Shown here: one piece after another, positions 28,522-38,678 of the stretch
Position numbering within the stretch: position 1 is the stretch's first letter
How the letters are laid out: each line of letters starts with the position of its first letter
Virus record (IMG/VR): IMGVR_UViG_2778261035_000005
DNA: 64,000 bases
Origin: a virus
Taxonomy: Duplodnaviria; Heunggongvirae; Uroviricota; Caudoviricetes
Strand: one strand, 5' to 3'
The notes under the pieces: model-generated
What the model was told of the DNA's origin: nothing
What the model saw: the letters and a program-made list of their open reading frames with translations, nothing else
The model's database searches: none
Made by a program: the position numbers and the translations under genes

Positions 28522-28722
28522 ATGATCAAAATCTATCTATTGGCAGTAGCCACAGGCCTTTCAGTGGCTCTCATCTACGGTTTACTGGTTCCGTCGCTGA
28601 TTTCTACCAAGAGTGATTTAGCCGTCATGTTTGGAGTTATCGTTGGTTTTGGTGCTCCTGTAATCGGTCTTATTGCTGGTCGTAAGTTTATCAACTCATT
28701 AATCAAAGCAAAGGGGAAATAA
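28522..28722 (+). CDS. small membrane protein
   Basis: ORF track; two hydrophobic helices; immediately upstream of SPFH lipoprotein gene. Confidence 0.45.
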   Translation: MIKIYLLAVATGLSVALIYGLLVPSLISTKSDLAVMFGVIVGFGAPVIGLIAGRKFINSLIKAKGK

Positions 28723-28725
28723 GTA

Positions 28726-29556
28726 ATGAAGAAAGGTTTACTTGCAGTTGCTCTGGCGGCTATTTGCACAATGGGTCTTACTGGCTGTGATCGCGTGGAG
28801 CCTGGATACGTTGGCATCAAAGTAAACAAATTAGGTGAAGACAAAGGGATCGGTGAAGTGGTTGGCGTTGGTCGCCAATGGACAGGTCTTAACACCGAAC
28901 TTTACGTATTCCCGACCTTCAAACAAATGAAGACCTACGACGAGCCGTTCACATTCCAGATGAGTGACGGTACTGCTATTGGTCACAAAATTGGCGTTGC
29001 GTATCTGGTTAATCGTGACAAGGTAACGACGGTGTTCCAGACCTATCGCAAAGGCGTAGACGATATCACCGAATCAGATCTGCGTCAGAAAATTGCCGAC
29101 TCTCTAAACCGTTTGGCCAGCCGTATGACCACTGACTCATTTATCGACGGTGGTAAGGCGCAATTGCTGGACAACGCACTGAAAGATATTCAGAAAGAGA
29201 TGTCTCCGGTTGGTATTGAGGTACTGAGCCTGTCATGGGTTGGAAAGCCTGATTACCCAAAAACCGTCATTGAATCTATCAACGCCAAAGTAACGGCTAA
29301 CCAGCGTACTCTGCAACGTCAGCAGGAAGTTGAACAGCGTAAAGCTGAGGCGAATATGCTACGTGAACAGGCTAATGGTGAAGCTGATGCTATCCGTGCT
29401 CGTGCGCAAGCAGAAGCCGACGCCATTCGTCTGCGCGGTGAAGCTCTGCGTCAAAACCCGAACGTTATGGAGCTGGAAGCCATCAATAAATGGAATGGCC
29501 AGTTACCGCAGTACATGACTCAAGGGGCTAACACTCCTTTCATTACAGTGAAATAA
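28726..29556 (+). CDS. SPFH/band-7-like lipoprotein
   Basis: lipobox LTGC; PGYVGIKV start and coiled-coil QRQQEVEQRKAEANMLREQANGEADAIRARAQAEADAIR region typical of SPFH proteins. Confidence 0.55.
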   Translation: MKKGLLAVALAAICTMGLTGCDRVEPGYVGIKVNKLGEDKGIGEVVGVGRQWTGLNTELYVFPTFKQMKTYDEPFTFQMSDGTAIGHKIGVAYLVNRDKVTTVFQTYRKGVDDITESDLRQKIADSLNRLASRMTTDSFIDGGKAQLLDNALKDIQKEMSPVGIEVLSLSWVGKPDYPKTVIESINAKVTANQRTLQRQQEVEQRKAEANMLREQANGEADAIRARAQAEADAIRLRGEALRQNPNVMELEAINKWNGQLPQYMTQGANTPFITVK

Positions 29557-29572
29557 CTCCCCTAAAAAGTTC

Positions 29573-29597
29573 AGGCGTCCAGTTGGACGCCTTTTTT
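29573..29597 (+). terminator. intrinsic terminator
   Basis: aggcgtcc-agtt-ggacgcct-tttttat. Confidence 0.75.
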
Positions 29598-29647
29598 ATC
29601 GCAATTATCTTATTAAGAAAACAATTTGTTTAAAAGGATAAGAAAAC

Positions 29648-30073
29648 ATGACAGTTATTAAGAAACTCTACGATGCCGCAAACGCGGCTCTGGATGTTAT
29701 TGATGATGAAGTATCAAAAGGCTTTCCTGAACCTGATTGGGCGCATCAGCTACGAAACGCTATCGCAGAAATGACCCCATCAGATCCAACCCCCGACGAG
29801 ACAGACTGGCAGCGATTCATCCGTATGTACGCTCAGGAAATAGGTCCAACGCCAACGGCAGAGCAGGCAATGCTGCTGAAATACTTCAAAGAGGCGGGAG
29901 AGGATTTACCAATTGATGACTCAGCATATTGGTTCCACTGCGCATGGCGTAAGTATGACGTGATATTCACACAAGGCATGGGAAGCAAAGATATGGTTGT
30001 GTGGCATCTACTCCATATAGACACAGCCGTTGACAGAGTTATTGAACAGTTTTTCCCTAACCAAGAAGATTGA
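29648..30073 (+). CDS. hypothetical protein
   Basis: ORF track; conserved aaaacaatttgttt element and SD upstream. Confidence 0.5.
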   Translation: MTVIKKLYDAANAALDVIDDEVSKGFPEPDWAHQLRNAIAEMTPSDPTPDETDWQRFIRMYAQEIGPTPTAEQAMLLKYFKEAGEDLPIDDSAYWFHCAWRKYDVIFTQGMGSKDMVVWHLLHIDTAVDRVIEQFFPNQED

Positions 30074-30128
30074 TCGCCTATTCATAACTAACAAAATAAG
30101 TAAACACTAACCACAAAAGGAAAAACAC

Positions 30129-30404
30129 ATGAGAGTTTTAGTTCGAATCGTTACCAGCACTGTCTATGACGTGTTTCCGCTTTTTATGGTCAAAGTCGAT
30201 GGCCTTAACGATGAAGAAACTGACGCGCTGATCCAGCGTACTCTTGTTGAATATACAGGTCATGACGCTGATTCAGTGATGGTTGATGATGATGGTGTTT
30301 GTTGGCATAACGGCAACTGTTGGTACGTAGAAGAGACTCAACAAATCAGTAATGAAGATGCTGAACATCTTGAGCGTATTTTAAGCATCAGCACTTTTGA
30401 GTGA
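30129..30404 (+). CDS. hypothetical protein
   Basis: ORF track; conserved aaaggaaaaacacATG start context. Confidence 0.45.
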   Translation: MRVLVRIVTSTVYDVFPLFMVKVDGLNDEETDALIQRTLVEYTGHDADSVMVDDDGVCWHNGNCWYVEETQQISNEDAEHLERILSISTFE

Positions 30405-30443
30405 GTTTACAGTAAAGTTTATATAAGTTAGTATTTACCTATC

Positions 30444-30623
30444 ATGAAGATTTTTATTGAATACTTGTTACTCATCGTTTCAATAGCTTTTGTCATCGAC
30501 TGCATTTTCACTGGTGTCATTCGTAAAGTCTTTTCCCCGGTGCACGACGTAGTCATAAACGCTTTGGCTATCGTGCTCGTATTTAATTCAGCATTTGATG
30601 TAATCAAAGAGGTGGCAGCATGA
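30444..30623 (+). CDS. small membrane protein (59 aa, not in ORF track)
   Basis: MKIFIEYLLLIVSIAFVIDCIF hydrophobic; stop overlaps next ATG (ATGA). Confidence 0.35.
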   Translation: MKIFIEYLLLIVSIAFVIDCIFTGVIRKVFSPVHDVVINALAIVLVFNSAFDVIKEVAA

Positions 30624-30955
30624 AGACCATCCCATTCGCGCTGTTGTTTCTTTCTTCGATCGTTGTGGCCGACACCACTGTTTATCAGTGTGAAATGTCT
30701 GTAGCCGACGTTAAGAATGGCGCTCTTACCGACGTCATAAAAGCACCATATGGAGCGATGGTCGTAGACAGCGGCGACCAGTTCTATGTTGTGCGTGACG
30801 ATCGAGTGTTGTCATCCCCATATCTCACAAATCGTAATGGCAAATTAACCGGCGTCGGAGAAGACCACTTCGTATACAACAAATACAAGGGCTTCTATGG
30901 CGTTCACGCTTCTCAGCAAAGCTACCTTTTCGATGACTGCAAGGAGGTTGGGTAA
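30620..30955 (+). CDS. secreted protein of unknown function
   Basis: signal peptide MKTIPFALLFLSSIVVA. Confidence 0.5.
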   Translation: MKTIPFALLFLSSIVVADTTVYQCEMSVADVKNGALTDVIKAPYGAMVVDSGDQFYVVRDDRVLSSPYLTNRNGKLTGVGEDHFVYNKYKGFYGVHASQQSYLFDDCKEVG

Positions 30956-31167
30956 TGGCATTAACACTGGCAGGTCTGGAAATCGAGAAAACAAGCGGCT
31001 ACTGGCGTGCTAAGGGTTTCAAGCAGCCTGGCATTCTTGAGCGTCTGGAACGTGAAGATGGGTATATCGTCCACCAGCGGCGTGAATGGCGTATGTACGA
31101 TCCAGAAACAGGAAAACTGACTACAAAAGCCGGAACACTTTGGGGTCTGTTAAAGAAAATACACTAA
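30955..31167 (+). CDS. hypothetical protein
   Basis: ORF track; start overlaps upstream stop. Confidence 0.4.
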   Translation: MALTLAGLEIEKTSGYWRAKGFKQPGILERLEREDGYIVHQRREWRMYDPETGKLTTKAGTLWGLLKKIH

Positions 31168-31213
31168 ATGCAAACTGACTGCGGCACGTTCCGCAGTCAT
31201 ATTTCATAGTCGT

Positions 31214-31748
31214 CACCGCTGACAGCATACACAATCAACTACCGCTGATAGCATATCGAGAGTCTATCTCACCGCTCACAGCATACTTTACTCGATTTTT
31301 TACCGCTGACAGCATACTTAAGACATTGCATGAATAATGTGTACCGGTATGGGTATAACCAGAACAAAATTACCGCTGGCAGCATACGAATGTCTGACAT
31401 ATGCCATTAATTACCGCTGATAGCATATCCAAACAAAAATTCCTCAATAAAACACCGCTGACAGCATACGTTCTATCAGGGAGTAGCAGGCAATAAATGC
31501 CTTTCACTACAAGCAATCAGCGCAATAGCAATAGAATGTTAGTGAGCGCAAACCTATATGGAATGCACTCTTCGAGGTTAGTAACCACTGGGGAGGTATG
31601 ACAGAGCATTGAGTGGTGATAGATGATTTACCGCTCACAGCATACGTTCATCTCACTATACCGCTGGTAGCATATCTTTAACCGTTCACAGCATACTTTT
31701 CAGAAAAATAGCCGCTGATAGCATACATTTCACCGCTGACAGCATATC
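31214..31748. repeat. iteron array downstream of rep gene (incA-like), ~12 copies of ACCGCTGACAGCATAC-like 17-mer
   Basis: copies at 31214, 31241, 31270, 31301, 31371, 31412, 31453, 31629, 31659, 31681, 31710, 31732 with irregular spacing. Confidence 0.7.
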
Positions 31749-32841
31749 AAAGCAGTTTGAGACTATTGGAAAGGATCTCAATCATCTTGATATTTTCAGG
31801 CGTCAAATTCTGCGAAAGTTCGGTTATCTTGTTGATAATGTTCTGTTTGGCATCAATTTCCCCAGCTTTCTCATCTGGTTTTTTGGGTTCGATGTCTTCA
31901 GGTTTTGGCGGTGCGACTTTGAGTTTTGGATTGCGGCTGTGAATCTGGATATAGATCGACCGCCCACGCTTAATCTCGCTGTATTCGAGATAGCCCAAAT
32001 CTTGGAGAGCTTTTAAGCCGTTACGTATAGTCTGATTCTGCGAGCTGACATTCCTGCTACTCAAATTGAGTCGCGCACGCAATCGAGCAAGCGATACCGG
32101 CGCAGGCTTGGTTGGAAGACTTTCGATGAAGGTGTACAGAGCCTGTGCTGTTTCTTTGCGTGGTAGCTTATTGATAACCTTTAACTGCAAAAGAACCTTA
32201 TGGTCAAAGCGATATAGTTCGGCCAGCTTCGGTTCTGCATAGAACACCACCGTATCTTTCTGCTCGTTGTAGTCCACGCTATTGATGAGGTGCACCATCA
32301 GAAGCGAGATCTTGTTAGAGCCGTCGACGTTCTTTTCTTCATACGTTCTCTGGAAAGACAGAGTTGTACGCATGATCTTCAAAAGACTGTTTGTAAGCCG
32401 GTCGCGGAGTGTTTTGCGGATCTGTGACGATGGATAGCCACAAAACTTAGCAAATTTCGTGATGCTTAACTCGACACGACCGTTAGGTTCGCCGTATTCT
32501 GCCAGCGAACGCACAACGCCCACCCACGTTTTGAAATCATGATCCATGTCGAGACGAGGACCGGTTATCTTGATATCGGAATAGCCTTCAGAACGGGCTA
32601 CTTCGAGCTGGACAAGCTCCTTTGAAGCATCGATCTCATTTGGCTTGTTACGTTTACTGTATTTTGTTCCCTTAAGCGTGGGGACGAACAACCCCAGTCG
32701 CATCAACGCAATTGGTTGGACTGTATTGTTGCTATTAGGGACAAGTTCCCCTGTGTACAATTCAAGGGAACCTTCTTCAAAGTTGTCGATGTTATCTTCT
32801 ACTTCTTTGTTATTTTTACCTTTTTTATTTTTTGTGGACAT
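31747..32841 (-). CDS. repA: plasmid-type replication initiator (RepA-like, iteron-binding)
   Basis: flanked on both sides by the same iterons; aaagg SD before ATG 32841; track ORF extended to 32961 across the upstream iterons. Confidence 0.65.
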   Translation of the reverse strand: MSTKNKKGKNNKEVEDNIDNFEEGSLELYTGELVPNSNNTVQPIALMRLGLFVPTLKGTKYSKRNKPNEIDASKELVQLEVARSEGYSDIKITGPRLDMDHDFKTWVGVVRSLAEYGEPNGRVELSITKFAKFCGYPSSQIRKTLRDRLTNSLLKIMRTTLSFQRTYEEKNVDGSNKISLLMVHLINSVDYNEQKDTVVFYAEPKLAELYRFDHKVLLQLKVINKLPRKETAQALYTFIESLPTKPAPVSLARLRARLNLSSRNVSSQNQTIRNGLKALQDLGYLEYSEIKRGRSIYIQIHSRNPKLKVAPPKPEDIEPKKPDEKAGEIDAKQNIINKITELSQNLTPENIKMIEILSNSLKLL

Positions 32842-32860
32842 GTGGACACCTTTGTCATTC

Positions 32861-32963
32861 AACCGCTGACAGCATACTTGATTTGCCGCTGACAGAATAC
32901 CAAAAACAGTTGGCAGCATACGGTGAACCGCTGACAGACTATCAATTACCGCTGACAGCATAC
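32861..32963. repeat. iteron array upstream of rep gene (incC-like), ~5 copies
   Basis: copies at 32861, 32884, 32909 (partial), 32926, 32947 of CCGCTGACAGCATAC-like repeat. Confidence 0.7.
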
Positions 32964-33000
32964 ATGAACATGACTTCAGACCAGTCGTGGCGCGGCTTAC

Positions 33001-33080
33001 AGCGATCGGGGATCTTATTTGATCTATATAAGGATCTATCTATGGATCTCTTTATTAGGATCTATCCTGTGGATATGTGA
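33001..33080. promoter_or_regulatory. origin-like region: clustered GATC-containing short repeats plus DnaA-box-like sequence
   Basis: six GATC within ~65 bp in GGATCTAT-like repeats; TGTGGATAT at 33068-33076 (complement of TTATCCACA-like box); adjacent to incC-like iterons. Confidence 0.5.
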
Positions 33081-33162
33081 ATAATTAAAACAGGCATTTA
33101 CTACCTTCGGCGCACCTGGTGGGTTATCGTTGCCTCGGCTAACAATCACAGAAAAATGACAT

Positions 33163-33807
33163 ATGGATCTAAAACGCACGCGCTGGGTTCGTCGTCTTGA
33201 AGACGGCTCCTACACTATCGAATCAAATTCCAACCTGAATAAGCAGAAGTTGCTTTGTGACATCTGCGGTATAGCGGCGAAGTGCCCGATCTACGAAACC
33301 AGAATTAAACTTGATAAGGCTGGTGTGAATTTTCATTTAAACAGTTGCATCAGGTACGTTCCATTACTCGCATTTCGTAAACCGATCATCGGATTGGATG
33401 CTCCCTACTTCAACACACTCCGTTCAGGTGTGACGTGGCGAGATCGTTTATCACCAGACAAGCTGATTTGCCTCGTATCCGCAGACACAGGGAAAATCAT
33501 CCGTTTTGGGAAAGTAGACAAGGTTTACTCAGGCCCAGTAGACGAAATGTTGCGGAAACACAGCCGGTTTAATCATCTCTGTATGGGTGGTGAGAAAATC
33601 GAGAAGGTAGAAGAAGTGATCCGCAAATCCTACGGACACTTTCTGACCAAAGATAGCCTGCTCACCGCAATCTACATCAGACATGTAAAACGTGAGTTCG
33701 ACCTCGAATACCACAGCGAAGAAGAGCTTAACCTTGTTGACCCACGTCCAAAAGCTGGCGTCATAAGCATAAACGCAGCGCGTAAAAAGCCCACTGACGC
33801 GCTGTAA
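33163..33807 (+). CDS. hypothetical protein
   Basis: ORF track. Confidence 0.5.
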   Translation: MDLKRTRWVRRLEDGSYTIESNSNLNKQKLLCDICGIAAKCPIYETRIKLDKAGVNFHLNSCIRYVPLLAFRKPIIGLDAPYFNTLRSGVTWRDRLSPDKLICLVSADTGKIIRFGKVDKVYSGPVDEMLRKHSRFNHLCMGGEKIEKVEEVIRKSYGHFLTKDSLLTAIYIRHVKREFDLEYHSEEELNLVDPRPKAGVISINAARKKPTDAL

Positions 33808-34061
33808 CCCTCCAGATCGTATATTGGCGTAGATAGAATCTACGCCTCCTCAAAATAGCTCTCATAGCGTTCTACAGTGATCCTGTCTTATTTTTAGTCA
33901 TACAGACAAGCAAAGTTGCGCCACAATAAATAGGTATATACTTACTTATAAATTTTGTATATTAAGGCGCTCGTTTCATTCCTAACATACCGTTATGCAT
34001 AGTTGTTTACCTCCTCATTGCTCTTAAAATTTGTATCAAAATAACCACAAAGGAAAAACAC

Positions 34062-35147
34062 ATGACTTTGCCATACGGCGTCATTTCTGACTGCCACTAC
34101 CACAAATGGGATGCGTTCTCCACGACGAACGCAGAGGGGCTTAACTCCAGACTTGAAATACAGTTGGAAGCAACGAAAGAAGCAGCCATCGCCATGAAGA
34201 AGGCCGGTTGTAAGTACATGTTGGTTGCCGGTGATACATTTCACGTCCGAGGAACTGTGTCCCCTTCTGTTTTGCATTACGTAACTGAAACGTACAAGTG
34301 GATTATCAACGAGCTTGATCTGACAGTAGTAATGCTGGCCGGTAATCACGATCTTGAAACCAACGATTCAGTATATAGCGCCAACGCAGCAGCATCGCTG
34401 AGTTCTATCGGCGTGGTAATCGTATGTGGCAAACGCCCACACTCAATAAAAATTGGTGATGTGACTGTCCACCTGATTAGCTGGCGTAACAATCATGCGG
34501 AGCTTATCAGCGATCTGAAAGCATTACGTAAGAGCGTAGAAGGTGATAATCATGACGTTGTTATCCATACATCCATTAACAAAGCCATTCCAACAATGCC
34601 TGACGTCGGTATCGATGCGCAGGAGTTAAAGGATATCGGCTTTCGTCTCGTGCTTAGTGGGCATTACCACAACCACAAAGAGGTCATTCCTGGAGTTATC
34701 AGTGTCGGTGCGCTGACCCATCAAAATTGGGGAGATGTTGGATCTCTGGCTGGTTACATGATCGTAAACCCGGACGGCAGTTTCAGTCACTACGAAACCA
34801 GTGCGCCTAAATTCATTAACCTGGAAGATTATGTTGCCGATGACCAAATTCGCGGCAACTACGTGCGTTTCCGCGCCGTAATTGAGAACGATGAAGAAGG
34901 CATTAAGTACCAGAACATCCTCAAAACAATGGGTGCAAAAGGTGTCGTGTGCAACTTCATCCGTAAGTCATCAATGATGGAAGGGACAGCAAGCACAACG
35001 GAAACCAGCAAAATCGATAGCCTGGGAGAGTCGGTATCTGCTTATTGCAAGATTGTCCACGATACTGACGGCGGATTTGATCTGAGCAAGTTGGATATTT
35101 TGTGTCAGGAAATCCTCACCGAAGCGGAGAGTTCGGAGGCTGTGTGA
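34062..35147 (+). CDS. sbcD: SbcD/Mre11-family nuclease (calcineurin-like phosphoesterase)
   Basis: metallophosphoesterase motifs SDCHYH, AGDTFH, GNHD, SGHYHNH. Confidence 0.75.
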   Translation: MTLPYGVISDCHYHKWDAFSTTNAEGLNSRLEIQLEATKEAAIAMKKAGCKYMLVAGDTFHVRGTVSPSVLHYVTETYKWIINELDLTVVMLAGNHDLETNDSVYSANAAASLSSIGVVIVCGKRPHSIKIGDVTVHLISWRNNHAELISDLKALRKSVEGDNHDVVIHTSINKAIPTMPDVGIDAQELKDIGFRLVLSGHYHNHKEVIPGVISVGALTHQNWGDVGSLAGYMIVNPDGSFSHYETSAPKFINLEDYVADDQIRGNYVRFRAVIENDEEGIKYQNILKTMGAKGVVCNFIRKSSMMEGTASTTETSKIDSLGESVSAYCKIVHDTDGGFDLSKLDILCQEILTEAESSEAV

Positions 35148-35188
35148 GGCAAAGTCGTTATGGGAGCTTTCGAGACTTTGCCATCACG

Positions 35189-35380
35189 ATGAAAAGACTT
35201 GAACGAGGCCAGACGGTGATGTTTCACAAGCCCTACCCGCCACAAGGAAATCCCGTAGCGTTTTATCTTGGAAGGTTAACCAGAAAAGGCGTATTGAGGC
35301 GCAGATCCTTCCCGGCGCATACGGAGTTCAGATTGAAAGAAGGTCAAAAGCTAACACACGGTATCAAAGGTGTTATATGA
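35189..35380 (+). CDS. possible small ORF between sbcD and sbcC
   Basis: stop overlaps sbcC ATG (ATGA); start uncertain, no clear SD. Confidence 0.2.
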   Translation: MKRLERGQTVMFHKPYPPQGNPVAFYLGRLTRKGVLRRRSFPAHTEFRLKEGQKLTHGIKGVI

Positions 35381-37293
35381 AGTTTTTAAAGCTCCAGGTT
35401 GAGAATTTTATGGCTATCGCCAGCGCGGAGGTCGAGTTAGATCAGCGTGGTTTAGTGCTCATTCAGGGTGTTAATAGTGATGATAGTTCCGCATCAAGTA
35501 ATGGCTCTGGAAAGTCAACGCTAATGAATAGCCTGATGTGGTGTCTTTATGGCGAAACAGCTCATGGTGTGAAGGGTGACGATGTGTTGTCTACCGACCA
35601 TGAAAAGAACTGTCGTGTTGCAGTAACCATCGAGGATGAAGGCAAGAGATATGCGATCATTCGTCACCGTAAACACAAAGAGTTCAAAAATCGGCTTATC
35701 GTTCGTGGTGAAGACGGCGATATGACGAAAGGCAAAGATGCGCTGACGCAAGAGTTCGTCGAGCGTCTGATCGGTGCATCTAAAGAGGTTTTCATGGCTT
35801 CCATCTATGCGAGCCAAGAAGCTATGCCAGATTTACCTGGAATGTCCGACAAAAACCTCAAAACCATCGTAGAAGAAGCCGCTGGCGTTGACAGACTGAC
35901 ACGCGCCTACGCTATTGCTCGTGAGCGAGCTAATGCAGCTGCCGCACGTATGGATGTGGTTAAAACCAAATTGGAGTCGACAATCTCGACCATTGAGGCA
36001 ACACAGTCAGAAATTGAGTCAGCGAAAGCCTCCTCTGAATCATGGGAGCAAGAGCGTTCTAAACGTTATGACGATGCCCTGGCTGGGCTGGCCAGTGCCG
36101 AAGTTGAGTTAACGGAAGTTGAACTTGAGATCCGCACTCTTCCCGAACAGATCCGTGATACCGAGAAGGCAATCGAAAGTGAGCGCAAAAAGTTAGCCTC
36201 AAAAGAAGAACATGACGCCAAGTTGCTCAAAGTTCGTGGTGCGATAACTGATATTCGGGCAAGCATCAAAGCTACAGAAAATAGTCAGGCTGATGCAATG
36301 AACCGCGCGCGTAATTTTAAGACCAAAGCAGAAGAGGTTGGTACTAAAGTGGGATCACCATGCCCTACTTGTGGCAAAGCCTACTGCGAAGAAGATCTAT
36401 CAACGGTGAAGGAGAATTTCATTGAACAAGCACGTCAGGAAATTGGTCAGGCGAAGACACTTGCAGAGGCAATGGCTAAACACAAAACGAATCTTGAGAA
36501 AGCGTTAAGCATTGAGTCTGCCCTTGTTAAAACGACACCTGATGTAACGGCTATCATTGCCCGGATTGAAGAGCTTACGAAACAACTCTCATCTTTGCGT
36601 CATCGTGAGAAGGAGGTTGTTGCTATTGAGTCTCTTGTGACTCGTGCTCGTACTGAGGTCGATCGTATATCAAAAGAGATTAATCCGTTTATTGCTCTTA
36701 TCGCCAGACACGAAGATAACCTGGTATCCAGTAAGTCTACCTTCAAGTCCTTAAAAGATGAGTTGAAGGCTATTCAGGAACAAACGTTGCTATTGGAAAA
36801 AGCTCGTCAGGTCTACTCTCCTGCCGGGGTGCGTTCTCATATTTTGACGTCTGTTACGCCTTTCCTGAATACACGCACTGCCGAGTATCTCAATACGTTG
36901 TCTGACGGGAATATTACTGCTGAGTGGTCGACGATGGATGTCACTAAAAAAGGTGAGTATCGCGACAAATTCAACATTAGTGTGCAGAAGAAAGGTTCAA
37001 GTAAGTCGTTCCAGACCCTCTCTGGTGGTGAGAAGCGGAAGGTTCGCATTGCGTGTTCTTTGGCATTGCAGGATCTGGTTAGTAACCGGGCGAGTAAAAA
37101 CATCGATTTGTTTATCGGCGACGAAATTGACGATGCACTCGATACAGCCGGTCTTGAACGCCTCATGGGTATTCTGGAGTCCAAAGCTCGCGAGCGAGGT
37201 ACTGTGCTGATTATCTCCCATAAAGAGATGAAGTCATGGTTCCGGGAAACTATTACGCTGGAAGTTAAAGAGGGGCGCAGCTATGTCGTTTAA
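35377..37293 (+). CDS. sbcC: SbcC/Rad50-family ATPase
   Basis: Walker A NGSGKSTLMN, coiled-coil middle, signature LSGGEKRKV, Walker B LFIGDEIDDALD. Confidence 0.75.
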   Translation: MKFLKLQVENFMAIASAEVELDQRGLVLIQGVNSDDSSASSNGSGKSTLMNSLMWCLYGETAHGVKGDDVLSTDHEKNCRVAVTIEDEGKRYAIIRHRKHKEFKNRLIVRGEDGDMTKGKDALTQEFVERLIGASKEVFMASIYASQEAMPDLPGMSDKNLKTIVEEAAGVDRLTRAYAIARERANAAAARMDVVKTKLESTISTIEATQSEIESAKASSESWEQERSKRYDDALAGLASAEVELTEVELEIRTLPEQIRDTEKAIESERKKLASKEEHDAKLLKVRGAITDIRASIKATENSQADAMNRARNFKTKAEEVGTKVGSPCPTCGKAYCEEDLSTVKENFIEQARQEIGQAKTLAEAMAKHKTNLEKALSIESALVKTTPDVTAIIARIEELTKQLSSLRHREKEVVAIESLVTRARTEVDRISKEINPFIALIARHEDNLVSSKSTFKSLKDELKAIQEQTLLLEKARQVYSPAGVRSHILTSVTPFLNTRTAEYLNTLSDGNITAEWSTMDVTKKGEYRDKFNISVQKKGSSKSFQTLSGGEKRKVRIACSLALQDLVSNRASKNIDLFIGDEIDDALDTAGLERLMGILESKARERGTVLIISHKEMKSWFRETITLEVKEGRSYVV

Positions 37294-38026
37294 ATTAAGC
37301 CGCTCGCAGTTTTTGCAGGTATTTGCAGTGATGCAGTCGATAAAACTGATCAATGGGCATACTTCCAATGGTGCGGCTCCACGTATTCTGTGGGGCAGCA
37401 ACAATATTGACGGAGTACAATTCGCCGCGTTGCTTGGTCTAATATCCGAGACGCCATTGATGCAAAGTTTGAAATCACTACCACCTGGATGTATTGCGCC
37501 GATCCTGATTAATCCTTTTGTTGAGGGGGGATATCTTCCCAACGTCGGGCCTGGGTTTATTGCATCCCATGAAACTGAAGATCTTAACATTAATAGCGAA
37601 GGGTTCTTTGGGGGTATGGGTGCGCATCACTGTATGGCTTTCACGAACCTTATTCGACTTGCCAATAAGCGGGTGGATAGTTTGGCATCGCCAGGTGATG
37701 CTTTTACTGGTTTCCTTATCCAAAGGAGGGATAAAAAGTACAGTGCGGACAAACTACAGTTTGTTGGTAAGTATGGAGAAATGGTAGAAATCGAACTTCA
37801 GCTCCCGCATGTTTTAGCAAACGATAGTGCAGACAGTCGGAGGCTGTTGGGCATCATGCGTCATTTCATAGCAAGTGGCGTTAAACATGCCGTAGATAAA
37901 CGTGTCACGCAGGAAAATGAGTATTCAGACTTTGCAAACTCTCCCCAACCAACGTTGCAAACGGCAATAGTAACCAATTCGTTGGAGGCGAGATTATTGG
38001 AAAACCCTATATGGGGAACATGGTAA
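37283..38026 (+). CDS. hypothetical protein
   Basis: ORF track; start overlaps sbcC end. Confidence 0.5.
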   Translation: MSFKLSRSQFLQVFAVMQSIKLINGHTSNGAAPRILWGSNNIDGVQFAALLGLISETPLMQSLKSLPPGCIAPILINPFVEGGYLPNVGPGFIASHETEDLNINSEGFFGGMGAHHCMAFTNLIRLANKRVDSLASPGDAFTGFLIQRRDKKYSADKLQFVGKYGEMVEIELQLPHVLANDSADSRRLLGIMRHFIASGVKHAVDKRVTQENEYSDFANSPQPTLQTAIVTNSLEARLLENPIWGTW

Positions 38027-38035
38027 GGAGACTAT

Positions 38036-38605
38036 ATGAGTAAAAAAATCAGCGTAGTTGGTGTTGATCCCTCAATGAGCAACTTTGGGCTTGCTGTGGG
38101 CACTTTAGACCTTGAGACGGACGAACTTGAGATTCACGGCCTTACTCTTGTTGAGACTAAAGCGGGGAGTAACAAAAAGACCGTTCGTGTGAACAGTGAC
38201 GATCTGCGCCGAGCCAGTGAAATATGGCGTGTTGCGAAGCCAATCATTGATAAGGCAAATATGGTTTTTTGTGAGCTACCGGTTGGGAGCCAAAACTCTC
38301 GTTCGCAGACGTCTTACGGTATTTGTATCGGTGTACTTGCGTGTGTGGATAAGCCATTGATCCAGGTTACTCCAAACGAAATCAAGCATTTTGTCGGCAA
38401 TAAACTTACTACATCGAAAGAAGAGATTATCCAGTGGGCTACGAAAAAACACCCTAAAGCACCGTGGCTGCGTCGTAAGCAATCTGGACAGGATGTTCTC
38501 GTGAACAAAAACGAACATTTGGCTGATGCGGTGGCTGCCATCCATACCGGTATGCAAACAGATCAGTTCCGCCAGGTGCGCGATGTTCTTAAGTCTCTCA
38601 TTTGA
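38036..38605 (+). CDS. RuvC-like Holliday junction resolvase (RNase H fold)
   Basis: N-terminal VVGVDPSMSNFGLAV, acidic CELPV, EHLADAVAA consistent with RuvC-type catalytic positions. Confidence 0.5.
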   Translation: MSKKISVVGVDPSMSNFGLAVGTLDLETDELEIHGLTLVETKAGSNKKTVRVNSDDLRRASEIWRVAKPIIDKANMVFCELPVGSQNSRSQTSYGICIGVLACVDKPLIQVTPNEIKHFVGNKLTTSKEEIIQWATKKHPKAPWLRRKQSGQDVLVNKNEHLADAVAAIHTGMQTDQFRQVRDVLKSLI

Positions 38606-38678
38606 TTTCATTGATAGGTAAGTGCTTATCTATTAACATGGGCCACTATATTTAGTGGCCCTCTTTATTTGGTGATAC

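Noticed and set aside
31214-32963. Possible CRISPR array (many copies of a short direct repeat)
   Set aside because: Repeats are ~17 bp with irregular short spacings, lie on both sides of a rep gene, and there are no cas genes; the pattern fits plasmid iterons, not CRISPR.
35102-35188. Upstream extension of the small sbcD-sbcC intergenic ORF (track start 35102)
   Set aside because: The extension overlaps the sbcD coding region; only the portion after the sbcD stop is plausibly independent.
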